Source: Trueperaceae bacterium (GTDB lineage: Bacteria; Deinococcota; Deinococci; Deinococcales; Trueperaceae). From it: 64,000 bases of DNA. The first letter of the stretch is position 1. Each line of letters opens with the position of its first letter. Location: assembly GCA_965213705.1 (NCBI GenBank), contig OZ243913.1, forward strand, positions 1,504,001 through 1,568,000, written 5' to 3'. The translations under genes were made by a program, and so were the position numbers. Shown here in pieces: positions 49,253-59,785 of the stretch. Below the pieces are notes generated by a model. The model had not been told where the DNA came from, searched no databases, and saw only the letters and a list, made by a program, of their open reading frames with translations.

Positions 49253-50181
49253 GCGACAACCGCAGTCCCGCAGAAATTCAGCGCGACATCGAAAAAACGC
49301 GCGACCGACTTGCCGAAGACTTGGACGAACTGAGCTACCGGGTCAGCCCGGAAGGCCTGCGCAACCGGGCCGAAACAGGCCTCGAGGACCTGAAAGAAAC
49401 CGCCCTCGGCACGACCCAAGACGCGTTGCGCGGGCTGACCGACCGCGCCGAGGCGGCGAGCGAGTCGTTCAGCGCCCGGCTCAGCGCCCGCCCCTTGCCC
49501 TTGAGCGTGCTGGGGGCGGTTTTCGGCGTCGGGTGGCTGCTTGTAAACGCGGCCAAGCAGGGCAGCCGCGCGCGGCGCGCCGCCCCGGTGCTCCCGCCGA
49601 CCTCGCCCGGGGGTACGGGTCGCCTTGTCGACGCCGCGGGCGAGGTCGTCTACGAACCCGAACAAAAGCCGGACTGGCTCACCGCTGGCGACCACGGCAA
49701 GCCCGCCACCCAAACGCTGCTGATAAGCGCGGTCGCCCTGGCGAGCGGGGCCGCCGTCGGCGCGCTGTTGCCGGACCAGGAAACCCTCAAACAACAGGTT
49801 TCCGAACCGCGCTCGCAGCCTTCGGGACGGCCCGAACGCGTCCCGGTCATGCCCGGAACTGTCGCCGCCCCAGCTGCCAAACCTGCGCCTCTCGAGAGCG
49901 AGCCTGCCGACCCCTCAAACCCTGTGCCGGAAAACGAGGCGTTCCGGGCTCACTACGAAACGGCGTTTGCGCCGTCCGGCCGGGACTACAGCTATTTCGA
50001 GCCCGCTTACGTTTACGGTAGCGGTTTGCCGAGCGCGCCCATGCACCGGAGCCGCAGTTGGGCCGAGGCCGAGGCCGACGCGCGGCGCGACTGGGAGCGC
50101 AGTCACTCGGAGCCCTGGGACGACGTCCGCGACGCCGTTCGGCAGGGCTGGGAGCGCGGCCTGGAAAACAGACAAACGTAA
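49249..50181 (+). CDS. DUF3618 domain protein
   Basis: EIQRDIEKTR.RL..DLDEL..R.SP; C-terminal PAY.YG...W.E.E...RRDWE...W..VRDAVR.GW. Confidence 0.75.
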   Translation: MSDNRSPAEIQRDIEKTRDRLAEDLDELSYRVSPEGLRNRAETGLEDLKETALGTTQDALRGLTDRAEAASESFSARLSARPLPLSVLGAVFGVGWLLVNAAKQGSRARRAAPVLPPTSPGGTGRLVDAAGEVVYEPEQKPDWLTAGDHGKPATQTLLISAVALASGAAVGALLPDQETLKQQVSEPRSQPSGRPERVPVMPGTVAAPAAKPAPLESEPADPSNPVPENEAFRAHYETAFAPSGRDYSYFEPAYVYGSGLPSAPMHRSRSWAEAEADARRDWERSHSEPWDDVRDAVRQGWERGLENRQT

Positions 50182-50208
50182 GCCTCAGCGGTTAAAAACT
50201 GTGTCCAA

Positions 50209-50248
50209 CTTCTTACGGCCGCCCACGCGAGGCGGCCGTAAGAAGTTT
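50209..50248 (+). terminator. Terminator hairpin
   Basis: CTTCTTACGGCCGCC / GGCGGCCGTAAGAAG perfect inverted repeat followed by TTTG. Confidence 0.75.
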
Positions 50249-50305
50249 GTTACGAACGAGGTCGACGCGACTTTCTACCCGCAGCGCAGGGTTAAACTGG
50301 AAGGA

Positions 50306-51202
50306 ATGAAACCGGCTGTAAAGGTGGGCGTGGCTTTGGGCGGCGGGGCGGCGCGGGCGCTGGCGCATATCGGGGCGCTCAAAGCGTTGGAGGCGCGCGG
50401 GCTCGCGCCGTCGGTGGTGGCGGGGACGAGTTCGGGGGCCATCATCGCGGCGCTCTACGCGCTCGGCTTGCCCGCCGCCGAGCTGGAGCACCGGGCGCGC
50501 ACCCAAAACTTAAACGAGTATTGGATTCAAGCCTGCGACTTCGGCCTGCACCGGGCCAGCCTGATTCACGGACGCAGGTTTGAAAACTTTTTGGAGCGCA
50601 AGTATTTTTACGGCGTGACTTTCGAAGACTTGGCCCTGCCTTTGGCAGTAGCTTGTACGAGCGTGGACAGCGGCGAGCTTGTGGTGGTGCGCAGCGGCCC
50701 GGTGGCGCGGGCCGTGGTGGCGAGTTGCGCGCTGCCGGGTCTGTTCGCCGCGGTCAGGGTCGGCGACGAGTGGCTGGTCGACGGTGGCCTCGTCGCCACC
50801 GTGCCCTTTGCCGCACTCGGTTCCTACGACCTCGATTTGACCGTCGGCGTTCATACCGGCGTCGACACGCAGCGGAGCGGTTTTGTCCGAGCGGTGCAGC
50901 GTTGGCACACGTCGGCCTGGGGACAGGGGGTTCAGCGACGCCTGCTTGGGGTTCGCGGCCGCGGGGTGTGGTCGGGTTTCGCGCGGGGCGTGGCGCGGCT
51001 GCAAGCTTCTTACACGCAAGGGGTCGCCGCGCCGGACGGGGCTTTGCTGGTGCGCGCCGACCCGCCCCTGAGTTGGTTCGACCTGCACAAGTCGCCGCAG
51101 GCCGTAACGGCGGGCGAGCGCGCTACCTTGGCAGCCCTGGACGCGCACCCTTTGGGAGTGCTCGGCGCACACCCCGAACTGCCGGCGGGCGAGCGCGCAT
51201 GA
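50306..51202 (+). CDS. Patatin-like phospholipase
   Basis: LGGGAAR..AHIG, GTSSG, DGG; TAAACT-7-ATG. Confidence 0.85.
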   Translation: MKPAVKVGVALGGGAARALAHIGALKALEARGLAPSVVAGTSSGAIIAALYALGLPAAELEHRARTQNLNEYWIQACDFGLHRASLIHGRRFENFLERKYFYGVTFEDLALPLAVACTSVDSGELVVVRSGPVARAVVASCALPGLFAAVRVGDEWLVDGGLVATVPFAALGSYDLDLTVGVHTGVDTQRSGFVRAVQRWHTSAWGQGVQRRLLGVRGRGVWSGFARGVARLQASYTQGVAAPDGALLVRADPPLSWFDLHKSPQAVTAGERATLAALDAHPLGVLGAHPELPAGERA

Positions 51203-52401
51203 CCTTGTTCGTGTTGACCTTGGACTCGAGCTGGGGCAGGGCTTTGGAAGCGTTGCGGCAGGCTTTGGCCCAAAAAGAGCGCGAGCCGGTGCTGGCGGCT
51301 TACGGGGCGTTGGTGCGCGCGCTTGTCCTGCGCGGCGCGCCCGACTTGGCGACCGCTTTAGTCGAAGACTTGCTGTGGACCGAGTCGCCCCTGAGCCGGG
51401 TGCTGCAGTCCGGGGAAGTGCCGAGCGGCCTGAAAGCGGCCGTGCAGCAAGACTTGGACACCCTGGTCACCCAAACCGGCCACGACTGGCAGGCCGAGGC
51501 GAGCCGCGCGGTGGGCCGCCCGCTGCCGCCGCTCAAGGCGCTGGCGCCGGAGAGCGCGAGCGCACAGGTTGCCGAACTCGTTCTCGCGCTTTCCTCGAAC
51601 GACGCGGGCTGGCTGTTAGGGCGCCTGACGGACATCTACCGTCAACAAGGCGCGGGGCTGCTGGCGCGGTTTGAAGCGTTCCGCTGGACGCCTGCGGGTC
51701 TGGTCGGCGTCGAGCATCCGGTCGTAACGAACATGAACCGCTTGGTCGCGCTCGAGCGCCAACTCGTGCAGTTGCACCAGAACACGCTCGCTTTTTTGAG
51801 CGGCAAACCCGCTCAGCACACGCTTCTTTACGGCCCCCGCGGCAGCGGCAAGTCGACCGCGGTGCGCGGACTGCTCAAACACTACGCCGCCGCAGGCTTG
51901 CGGCTGGTCGAACTCGCTCCGGCCGACCTGACCGCGCTGCCCGACGTGGTCGAACAGCTTAGGCCCCGGCCCCACCACTACCTCGTCTTCGTCGACGACC
52001 TCAGTTTCGAGGCGGGCGACAACGGCTATCAGCCCCTAAAAACGCTGCTCGAGGGTTCGCTCACCGCGCGGCCGGCCAACGTTTTGCTCGTCGCCACCAG
52101 CAACCGCCGTCACCTCGTCAGGGAGGGCTTCAAAGACCGGCCCGACCCGCTCGACGACGACGTTCACGCCTGGGACACCGTTAATGAGCGCCTGGCGCTG
52201 GCCGACCGCTTCGGCCTCACCATCACCTTCCCGAGCGCGACGCAGGCGCGCTTTTTGGAAGTCGTGCGCGGGCTCGCCGAGCAAGAGAAGGTCGTCGTCG
52301 AGAACTTGGACGAGCGCGCGATTCGCTTCGCGGAGTGGGGCAACGGTTACTCGGGCCGCACCGCGCAGCAATTTTTGGACGCGCTCAAGGCTGAGGTTTA
52401 A
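51199..52401 (+). CDS. DUF815 AAA+ ATPase
   Basis: GPRGSGKS, FVDDLSF, ATSNRRH, DRFG, SGRTA.QF. Confidence 0.9.
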   Translation: MTLFVLTLDSSWGRALEALRQALAQKEREPVLAAYGALVRALVLRGAPDLATALVEDLLWTESPLSRVLQSGEVPSGLKAAVQQDLDTLVTQTGHDWQAEASRAVGRPLPPLKALAPESASAQVAELVLALSSNDAGWLLGRLTDIYRQQGAGLLARFEAFRWTPAGLVGVEHPVVTNMNRLVALERQLVQLHQNTLAFLSGKPAQHTLLYGPRGSGKSTAVRGLLKHYAAAGLRLVELAPADLTALPDVVEQLRPRPHHYLVFVDDLSFEAGDNGYQPLKTLLEGSLTARPANVLLVATSNRRHLVREGFKDRPDPLDDDVHAWDTVNERLALADRFGLTITFPSATQARFLEVVRGLAEQEKVVVENLDERAIRFAEWGNGYSGRTAQQFLDALKAEV

Positions 52402-53160
52402 CCCGGCCGGGTTTGAAGTCCTCGAGCATCCGGTCCTGAAAAGGCATTCCGCTGTTCCGAACGCTCTCGACATAAGTTTCAGCGTCGTAAGGAACGCGCC
52501 GGAAGGTGAGGTTGGGCTCGCCGTTTACAACGTCCAGCAAAGCGTATTCGGCGACTGGACGGTTAAAGGCCCGCCCCTCCGCCGTGATGACAAAAGAAAG
52601 GCCGACGCTGCCGGGGTTCATAAGCCGCGCGCCGTGGTAACGCCGCACGAACTGCTCGTGCGTGTGCGCGCCGACGTAGAGGTCGGCGCTCTCGCCCGCA
52701 AAATACCCGTCCAGCACCTCGTCGGGCGTGGTGGCGCGGACGGGGTCGTCGTAGCTTTTGGGCGAGCCGTGGTAGGCGAGGAGGTCCAGACCCGCCCACT
52801 TCAGCCGCACTACGTCCTGAAAAGTGCGGACATAGGCGAGGTCGGTTTCGTCCAGTTGCGCCGCGCTCCAGGCTTCGACCGCCAGGAAAAAGTCCGTGTT
52901 TTCGTCGGGCGCGGGCACGTCCCGCGTTACGCCACAAACCCTAACGTGCGCGGCCGCAACAAATACGCGTCGGTGTTGCCCATGACGACTTTCGGCCCGA
53001 GTTCACGCACGCGGCGCAGCGTTTCTCGCGGCTGCGGCCCGAAATTCGCCGCGTCGCCGAGGCAGAGGATGTCCTCCACGTCAAAGATGCCCATATCGTC
53101 CAGGACGGCCTCGAGCGCGGTCAAGTTGCCGTGAATGTCCGCGAGCAGGGCGAGCGCCAC
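52385..53160 (-). pseudogene. Frameshifted metallophosphoesterase
   Basis: DIHGN, LGD, GNTD in ORF 52927-53160; HGSP, HTH, NPGSVG in ORF 52385-52918 in a different frame. Confidence 0.75.
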
Positions 53161-53163
53161 GGC

Positions 53164-55140
53164 TCAGTCCCTGGTAGCCGTGTCGAACGGTTGTCGAAAC
53201 CCCGGCTGCAGCCGGGCGACGCCCGCGGCGAGCGCGTACATCTCGCCGCGAGTCAACACCGGGCCAGGGTTGAACGAGGCGGGCACCATTCCGGCGGCCT
53301 TGAGCGCGTCCCAACCGGTGCCCGGGCAGCGCCCGAGCTGACAGGCCGCGTCCTGGGTGATGGCGAGGGCTAGAACGGGGGAGAGGGGCGCTGCGGTGTC
53401 GGCGAGCGCGTCGGGGTAGCGCGCGACGAGGTCCGGGCCGAACGAGTCGCTGCTCAAAAAGCGCTGGCCCACGTTGCTGAGGAGGTAGACGTAGCTCAGC
53501 GCCGTCACCGGCTGTTCGAGACCGGGGTCGTTGGTGTAGCCGCCGACCGCCAAACCCCGGCTCAACAGCAGCCGGTAATCGCGGTAGTACGGGTTGCCGA
53601 CCGGGCCGACCGCGGCCCGCGCACGCTCTCTCGGCAGGTAAGCGCCCCGCGCGCCGAGGCGGGCGCGGACGGTTTGAACCGTGCCGGGTTGGCTGACGAC
53701 CTCACGCGGCTGCAGGCCGCGCTCCGCCCCGAGCGCCGCCGCCACGCCGACCGCCTCGCCGAGCGCCATGCCGAAGGGAACGACGCGCGCGCTCGAGGCT
53801 GCAATCGGGTCGTAGCCCGCCGCCTTGCCGACCACCCACAGACCGTCTACGCGGTCCGGCACGTTCACGCACAGCTTTACACCGTAGATGTCCGGCGTGC
53901 CGAACACAAAACCGCTGTCGTAAGGTGTCAGGGTTTGCACGTCGAGCGGGTAGCCGCCCGCGGCGACGTCTTCGTTCGACACTCGGTTGTCCAAAACGTC
54001 GTCGGCGCTCAATATACAAGCAGCGTCTAGGTGACGCGTTTCGCGCAGGTACAGGCGCGGCGCGACCCCGCCGAAACGGGCGTCTGCAAAGCCGGGCAAA
54101 GCTTGTTTGAGGTAGTTGACGACGCGCGGCGCTTCGCGTTGGGCTCGAGCATGTCCCTCGGCAATACTCGTGGGGTCGAACGGGTCGACACCGTAGATGA
54201 GCAGCGCGTTGACCAGAACCGAACCGTCTTCCTGGCGGCCCAAGTTCAGGCCGCGCAGCCGCAGCCCCGGCTCGGTCGGCGGGTAAGCTGCCGGGTAACC
54301 GCCGAAGCTGCCCCAAGCGACGAAATCGTCCACACTGGCGTACTGTTTGCCGCGCGCCCTGACGCCGCGTTCCAACGCGCCCCAGTCGATACCGTCGATT
54401 TTGAAGACGAGCGTGTCGGCCATGCGCGCGTTCACACCTAGAGAGTTGAACCCCACGCTGTAGCCTGCGCCCGCCGCCGCTGCAAAACTCATGTCGGCGG
54501 TCGCGTCGACGATTTGCGGCGCGCGGACGGTGCCGCCCGCCGCGCCGTCCCCGCCGGCAACCCGCACGCCGGTAACCTGCACGCTTGTGACCTGTACGCC
54601 GGCAACCTGCACGCCTTCGCTCCTGACCGGGCTCAAGCCGGGCGCGCCGGTTCGCACCGTCACGCCCGCGTCGGCCAACATGCGCACGAACACCGCTTCG
54701 GCGCGCACCACGTCGAACGAGTGGCTCCGTCCGACCGCGCGCCACCAGCGCTCGAACAAGCCCTGTTGATAAGAAAAAGGTTGCGTGCGCAGGTCGAGCG
54801 AGTTCATCGCGCCGAGCACGAACAAACCGCCCACGGTCTCGTCCTCGGTAATCAGGAGCGTGTCGGCCCCGCTCTCGGCCGCGGCGACCGCCGCCATGAC
54901 GCCCTCGGGCTCGCTGCCGACCACGACCACGTCGTAGTTCAGGTCGTAAGTGAAGGCGTAGTCGGGGTTGTCACTGGGGTTGGTGTCGAGGTTGGCGTCG
55001 AGGTTGTGAACCGGGTCTCGAGCGGCGTCTTTCGGCGTGACCAGCGTCGTTTGCGCCCAGGCCGCACCGACGCCGCACAGGACCAGCGCACAGACGACGC
55101 CCAGCCCGAAATGAGAAAAACAGTACCGTAGACCTGGCAT
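53164..55140 (-). CDS. Secreted FAD-dependent oxidoreductase
   Basis: Signal peptide, YDVVVVG...EG..AA.AAA..G, DAT, LYLRETRH, Y.LD, S.RV...M..GEA.G. Confidence 0.8.
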   Translation of the reverse strand: MPGLRYCFSHFGLGVVCALVLCGVGAAWAQTTLVTPKDAARDPVHNLDANLDTNPSDNPDYAFTYDLNYDVVVVGSEPEGVMAAVAAAESGADTLLITEDETVGGLFVLGAMNSLDLRTQPFSYQQGLFERWWRAVGRSHSFDVVRAEAVFVRMLADAGVTVRTGAPGLSPVRSEGVQVAGVQVTSVQVTGVRVAGGDGAAGGTVRAPQIVDATADMSFAAAAGAGYSVGFNSLGVNARMADTLVFKIDGIDWGALERGVRARGKQYASVDDFVAWGSFGGYPAAYPPTEPGLRLRGLNLGRQEDGSVLVNALLIYGVDPFDPTSIAEGHARAQREAPRVVNYLKQALPGFADARFGGVAPRLYLRETRHLDAACILSADDVLDNRVSNEDVAAGGYPLDVQTLTPYDSGFVFGTPDIYGVKLCVNVPDRVDGLWVVGKAAGYDPIAASSARVVPFGMALGEAVGVAAALGAERGLQPREVVSQPGTVQTVRARLGARGAYLPRERARAAVGPVGNPYYRDYRLLLSRGLAVGGYTNDPGLEQPVTALSYVYLLSNVGQRFLSSDSFGPDLVARYPDALADTAAPLSPVLALAITQDAACQLGRCPGTGWDALKAAGMVPASFNPGPVLTRGEMYALAAGVARLQPGFRQPFDTATRD

Positions 55141-55311
55141 GGGTCTGGATTGTAGCAGGCCGGTTCCGACCCGCTCGTAAGCTTTCGCTCAGTCGCCGTG
55201 AGGTTTTTCCGATTCACTCACGCAAAACGGCAGCGGTCGCCGTGGATTTGCGGTGCTCGAGCTTCGCACGGGCGCTGGGACGGGTTGCTCAGTGCCGGCG
55301 CTTGGATTTTT

Positions 55312-56112
55312 TCAACCGCGGCCGACAAAGGGCATCTTCGTCGCCATCACGGTCATCGTGGCGACGTTGGCGCCGAGCGGCAGGTTCGCCATGTAAAGGA
55401 CCGCTCGCCCGACCTCGGCAACGTCCATGAGCGGCTCGGTCTGTACGCTGCCGTCGGCTTGGGTGGCGCCGTGCGCGGCTTTGCGGCCTATCTCGGTCGC
55501 CGCGTTGCCGACGTCGATTTGCCCGCAGGCGATGTCGAAGGCGCGCCCGTCGAGGGCGGTCGACTTAGTGAGCCCGGTCAGGGCGTGTTTCGTCGCGGTG
55601 TAGGCAACCGAGCGGGGCCGCGGGGTGTGAGCCGACACCGAGCCGTTGTTGACGATGCGGCCGCCCCGGGGCTGTTGCCGCCGCATCGTCCGGAAAGCTT
55701 CGCGGGTACAAAGAAACGCGCCGGTCAGGTTGACGGCGACGACCGCGTTCCAGGCCTCGAGCCCCAACTTGTCGATGTCGACGGCGGGCGCGCCGACGCC
55801 CGCGTTGTTGAAAAGCAAGTCGACGCGGCCGTACCGTTCTACCGTGGTCGCGAACAGGTGCTGCACGCTTGCCTCGTCGGTGACGTCGGCGGGAACCGCG
55901 TCCAAGACGCCTGCTAGGTCGGCGCCGGTGGCGACAACCGTTTGCAGCGTTTCCAGGTGTCGCCCGGCCAGCACGACGGTCCAGCCGTCACCGGCCAGCG
56001 CCTGCGCGGCCGCCGCTCCGATGCCGCTACCGCCGCCGGTGACAACGGCGATTCGCTGCTTTGGGGTTGGCACGGTGGGCGTGGCTGAAGGGGGGCGCGG
56101 GGGGGTCGGCAC
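55312..56112 (-). CDS. Short-chain dehydrogenase/reductase
   Basis: [17 protein letters not shown]. Confidence 0.9.
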   Translation of the reverse strand: MPTPPRPPSATPTVPTPKQRIAVVTGGGSGIGAAAAQALAGDGWTVVLAGRHLETLQTVVATGADLAGVLDAVPADVTDEASVQHLFATTVERYGRVDLLFNNAGVGAPAVDIDKLGLEAWNAVVAVNLTGAFLCTREAFRTMRRQQPRGGRIVNNGSVSAHTPRPRSVAYTATKHALTGLTKSTALDGRAFDIACGQIDVGNAATEIGRKAAHGATQADGSVQTEPLMDVAEVGRAVLYMANLPLGANVATMTVMATKMPFVGRG

Positions 56113-56244
56113 AAAAACTCCTTGGGTTGCTAGAGGTGACCCATCTATTTAAAAAAGGTCGGTGCAAAAAGTGGGTGCGGGAAAAGGTGAGTGCTGAAAA
56201 GTCAGGTATCGAGCAGAAGTCCGGGTTTGGTAAGCCTCCACGGG

Positions 56245-57402
56245 TCAAACTCCCAAGTCTTTCAAAACCGTGTCGGCGACGACCTGCGCCGCCGCCGGTT
56301 TGCCCAAGGCGCGCGCCGCCGCGGCCATCTGCTCGCGCAGCGCAGGCGTTTCGAAAAAGCGCCTCACCTTGTAGTCGAACACGCTCAACGGCTCGATGCG
56401 CAGGGCCGCGCCGTGCTCGAGCAAGTAACTCGTGTTGGCTTCTTCTTGCAGCGGGTAGGGTTGCACCACCGCGAAGGGCAAGCCTGCGGCGAGCGCTTCG
56501 CTCGAGGTCAAGCCGCCGGGTTTGCCGACCAACAGGTCGGCGGCGCTCATGTAGCGCGGCACCTCGCTCGTAAAGCCGACCAGTTCGAAAGTGACGAGCC
56601 CGTCCGCCTCGCCGACCGCTTGCGTGGCAACGTCCAACAGTTCCGGGCTGCGGCCGCAGACGACGACCGCCGTGAGCGGCCAGCGCAGCGCCGTGAGTTC
56701 TTTAAGAAGCGTGCGCAGGGGCCGTTCGTCGAGGCCGCCCGCCATCAGCAGCAAAATATCTCGCTCGGGCGGGTAGTGCAGCGCTTGCCGGGCCGCTGGT
56801 TTGGGCTCGAGACTGGAAAACCGCAGGTCGATGGGGATGCCGCTCACGGTGACGTGCTCGGGCGGCACGCCGCAGGCGCGCAGGTGTACGGCGACTTCTT
56901 CCGAGGCGACGAAGTAGCGCGCCACTTGAGGCTGCAGCCAAAAGCTGTGTGCAAAAAAGTCGGTGATGACGACCGCTTGCGAGATGGGTTCGCGGTTGCT
57001 GCGGCGCAGCACGTCGGGAGAGAGTCGCGAACTCAACACTTCCGGCGCTGAAAAATGTGTGTGGACGACGACATTGGGCCGGTAACGGTTTATCAAACGC
57101 GGCAGCTGTAGCGAGATGAGCCGCGCCAGCCGCGCCCGCAACTTTTCCTGCTGCGTTTTTTGCTCGCTCGGCGTCCGGTCGAGGCGTTTGCCCAGCCAGT
57201 CGACAAATTCGGGCGCGCTGCGCACCAGGTCGAAGTAGGCTTGGCGGTACAGGCGGCGGAACGGCAGGGTGGTGTAGTCGAGCAGGTCGACGTGGGTCAC
57301 CTCGGCAGTCCGTTCGGCAAACGCCGCCTGGAGCGCCCGCGCCGCCGCCACGTGTCCCCCACCGATAGACGCCGAAATTATCAGCACGCGCTTGCCGCTC
57401 AC
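56245..57402 (-). CDS. MGDG synthase/UgtP-like glycosyltransferase (GT28)
   Basis: GGGH..AA.A, THF, VITDF, GIPI, KPGGLT.SEA, QEE.N. Confidence 0.85.
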   Translation of the reverse strand: MSGKRVLIISASIGGGHVAAARALQAAFAERTAEVTHVDLLDYTTLPFRRLYRQAYFDLVRSAPEFVDWLGKRLDRTPSEQKTQQEKLRARLARLISLQLPRLINRYRPNVVVHTHFSAPEVLSSRLSPDVLRRSNREPISQAVVITDFFAHSFWLQPQVARYFVASEEVAVHLRACGVPPEHVTVSGIPIDLRFSSLEPKPAARQALHYPPERDILLLMAGGLDERPLRTLLKELTALRWPLTAVVVCGRSPELLDVATQAVGEADGLVTFELVGFTSEVPRYMSAADLLVGKPGGLTSSEALAAGLPFAVVQPYPLQEEANTSYLLEHGAALRIEPLSVFDYKVRRFFETPALREQMAAAARALGKPAAAQVVADTVLKDLGV

Positions 57403-57631
57403 AAGACGAGTTTAGCAAGTCGCTGGGGGGTGAGGGTCAGTCGCCGCGGTGACGCTCGGTACCTGTTCTTAATAGACCGGTGTCTTTTGTCTAAAAAGTA
57501 GGTGGGCCGGGTCGACAGCCTTCAGCCTTCCCCTTTTAAAAAAACAGCGCCTTAACCCGACCCTCACCGCAGGGCGGGCTCACGGTGTTAGCATAAATTC
57601 GTTGGCCCAGCTTCGTGACCAAGGAGACCCT

Positions 57632-58753
57632 ATGCGTTCGACTGAAAAATTGCTGCCCGGAAAATTGCTGCCCGGAAAGTTGCTGCCTACGGCGCTGCTC
57701 GCCCTGAGCCTGCTGGGCTGTCTGCCCGAGGCCGACACGACCCCCGAACTCCACGACGTTGCCGTGTACAGCAACGCGACCGATTTGCAAGGTGCCTACG
57801 GTTACCTCTACGGCTCACCGACGACCCTGCGGGTCGGCGCGCAGACGCTGAACTTAACCGACGGCGTCTCGGCGGACCCCCTGGCGGTGCCGTCGGCGTT
57901 GCTGGTCGACGGGCAACCCTACTTGAAAACAGCCCTCGTCACCCTTGCCGCGCCGCCCACGAGGGTGCAGCGCATTCCCCTGACGAGCGACGTCGAACTG
58001 CAGGTCGGCGGCGGCAACGACGCCAAGGAGGTCGTTTACTTCGACGGCTCCAAGTGGTTTACGCTCGCCAGCGAGCCGCGCCCCAGCCAAGGCACGCGCG
58101 TCGTGCCCAAAGAACGCTTCGGCGGTTTGGAAGGTCTGGGCGAGCTGACCCAGGAAGAGGCCGGCACCCTGGAGCGCGTCCTCCGTGAGCGCGCGCCCGT
58201 CGCCGTGACGCTGCTGCCCGAGTCGCGGGTGCCGCCACGGCAAATCGCGGGTTTGCCCAACTACCGCCGCACCGCCCTGTACGTGCAGCAAACCGTTCCC
58301 ACCGACCCGAGCGCCTACACCCCGCCCGTGCGCGAACTTCTTTGGGACACGCTTGCGTCGGGCAGCCAAGCGGTAGGCGCCGAGACGCCCAGCTTTCAAC
58401 TTATCACCAGTCAGGCCGACCTGGTCTCGGCTTGGACCCGCGCTTACGGCACCCGCCTGACCCTGCCGCCCCTGCCCGACGTCAACTTTCCCCAAGAAAC
58501 GGTCCTGGCCGTGTTCTCGGACACCAAACCGACCGGCGGTTACGCTCTGGAAGTCCAGGACGTCACGCTGGACGACAACGACCTCTACATCGACTTGAAC
58601 GAAACGGAGCCTGCACCCGGCACCATCACCACGCAAGCGCTTACCACGCCTTGGATACTGGTACGGGTGCTGCGCGGCGACGTCAACGCGGCCTGGTTTC
58701 GGGAGCCGGGGGGTGGGCGGATTATCGGGGTGGCGCGGCGAGGGGAAAAGTAG
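57632..58753 (+). CDS. Lipoprotein with PrcB C-terminal-like domain
   Basis: LLGC lipobox; VNF.QE.VLAVF..TKPTGGY, TQALT.PW. Confidence 0.75.
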   Translation: MRSTEKLLPGKLLPGKLLPTALLALSLLGCLPEADTTPELHDVAVYSNATDLQGAYGYLYGSPTTLRVGAQTLNLTDGVSADPLAVPSALLVDGQPYLKTALVTLAAPPTRVQRIPLTSDVELQVGGGNDAKEVVYFDGSKWFTLASEPRPSQGTRVVPKERFGGLEGLGELTQEEAGTLERVLRERAPVAVTLLPESRVPPRQIAGLPNYRRTALYVQQTVPTDPSAYTPPVRELLWDTLASGSQAVGAETPSFQLITSQADLVSAWTRAYGTRLTLPPLPDVNFPQETVLAVFSDTKPTGGYALEVQDVTLDDNDLYIDLNETEPAPGTITTQALTTPWILVRVLRGDVNAAWFREPGGGRIIGVARRGEK

Positions 58754-58996
58754 AGTATAAGGGAAGCGGCAGGATTAAAAGCTCGAGCCAAGCCCCAAGC
58801 ATTTTTGCGCTTTCAGCAGACGTGGCTTTGCCGGACGGACTGAAACGATTGGCTTCCGCGTCACCGTAAACTATAAAAACCGCCTCTGCACCGGCCACTA
58901 CGGGTTTGCGAAGTAAAAGGCGAGAGGTTGTGCAGCAGCTAAAGCTCGTAGGTTGAGTTTGGCTGCTGTAACATTTTTACCTGACGCCTTTTTGGG

Positions 58997-59785
58997 TCAT
59001 AACTCGCCCCGTGACGCCTCAGCCCTGACCAACCGCACGAACCTCACCAAGCGCGGAAAGCGGTGCCAGCGCTTGCGGTCCAGACCCACGCGGTAAGCCC
59101 ACTCCAAACCGGCGCGGCGCGTCCACTCGGGCGTTCGCTGCACCGTACCCGCCAACACGTCGAGCGTGCCGCCGACACCTATCATGAGCGGAACCTGGAG
59201 GGTGTGCAGGTGTTCGTGTAAGAACAGTTCTTGCCCCTCGCCCAGTCCGGCGAGCAGCAAGTTTGCGCGGCTGTCACGCACTTTTTTGAGAACTGCGGGC
59301 GTTTCGGCGGGGCGCTCAAAGTAGCCGTGCTGGACGCCGGCGACGCGGGTGCCGTAGCGCTCTCGAGCAGCAGCAGCGGCTCGTTCGGCCACGCCCGGTT
59401 TGGACCCCAAAAAGAAAACGTTCAATTCGCTGCCACCCAGCTCGAGCACGCGACTTACCAATTCGACCCCCGGCACGCGCCCCGGCAACGCCACCCCGGA
59501 GCGTCTGGCGGCCCAAACCACGCCGACGCCGTCGGCGACGGTGAAGGCGGCCGACAAAAGCGCCCCTTTCAACGCCGGATTAGCTTCGGCCTGGACGATG
59601 ATTTCGGGGTTCAAGGTCACGAGCAGTTTGGGTTCGGGGTTGCGCGCCGCCGTCAAGCACCACTCGGCGGCCTTGTCAAGCGTACACACAGCCAGCCTGT
59701 AACCGAGAACGTCGGCGCGCGCCGGCTCAGTATTATGATTCAAATCAGTATTCTGAGTCGAAGGTGTAAAGGGTTCCGTGGTCAT
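58997..59785 (-). CDS. WecB/TagA/CpsF family glycosyltransferase
   Basis: VTLNPE, ADGVG, RVPGVEL, HGYF, QE, GVGG..D, LEW.YR. Confidence 0.9.
   Translation of the reverse strand: MTTEPFTPSTQNTDLNHNTEPARADVLGYRLAVCTLDKAAEWCLTAARNPEPKLLVTLNPEIIVQAEANPALKGALLSAAFTVADGVGVVWAARRSGVALPGRVPGVELVSRVLELGGSELNVFFLGSKPGVAERAAAAARERYGTRVAGVQHGYFERPAETPAVLKKVRDSRANLLLAGLGEGQELFLHEHLHTLQVPLMIGVGGTLDVLAGTVQRTPEWTRRAGLEWAYRVGLDRKRWHRFPRLVRFVRLVRAEASRGEL

Noticed and set aside
50653..51198. N-terminal extension of the DUF815 ATPase (582-aa ORF)
   Set aside because: Overlaps the patatin gene; ATG 51199 with an ATGA overlap is the better start
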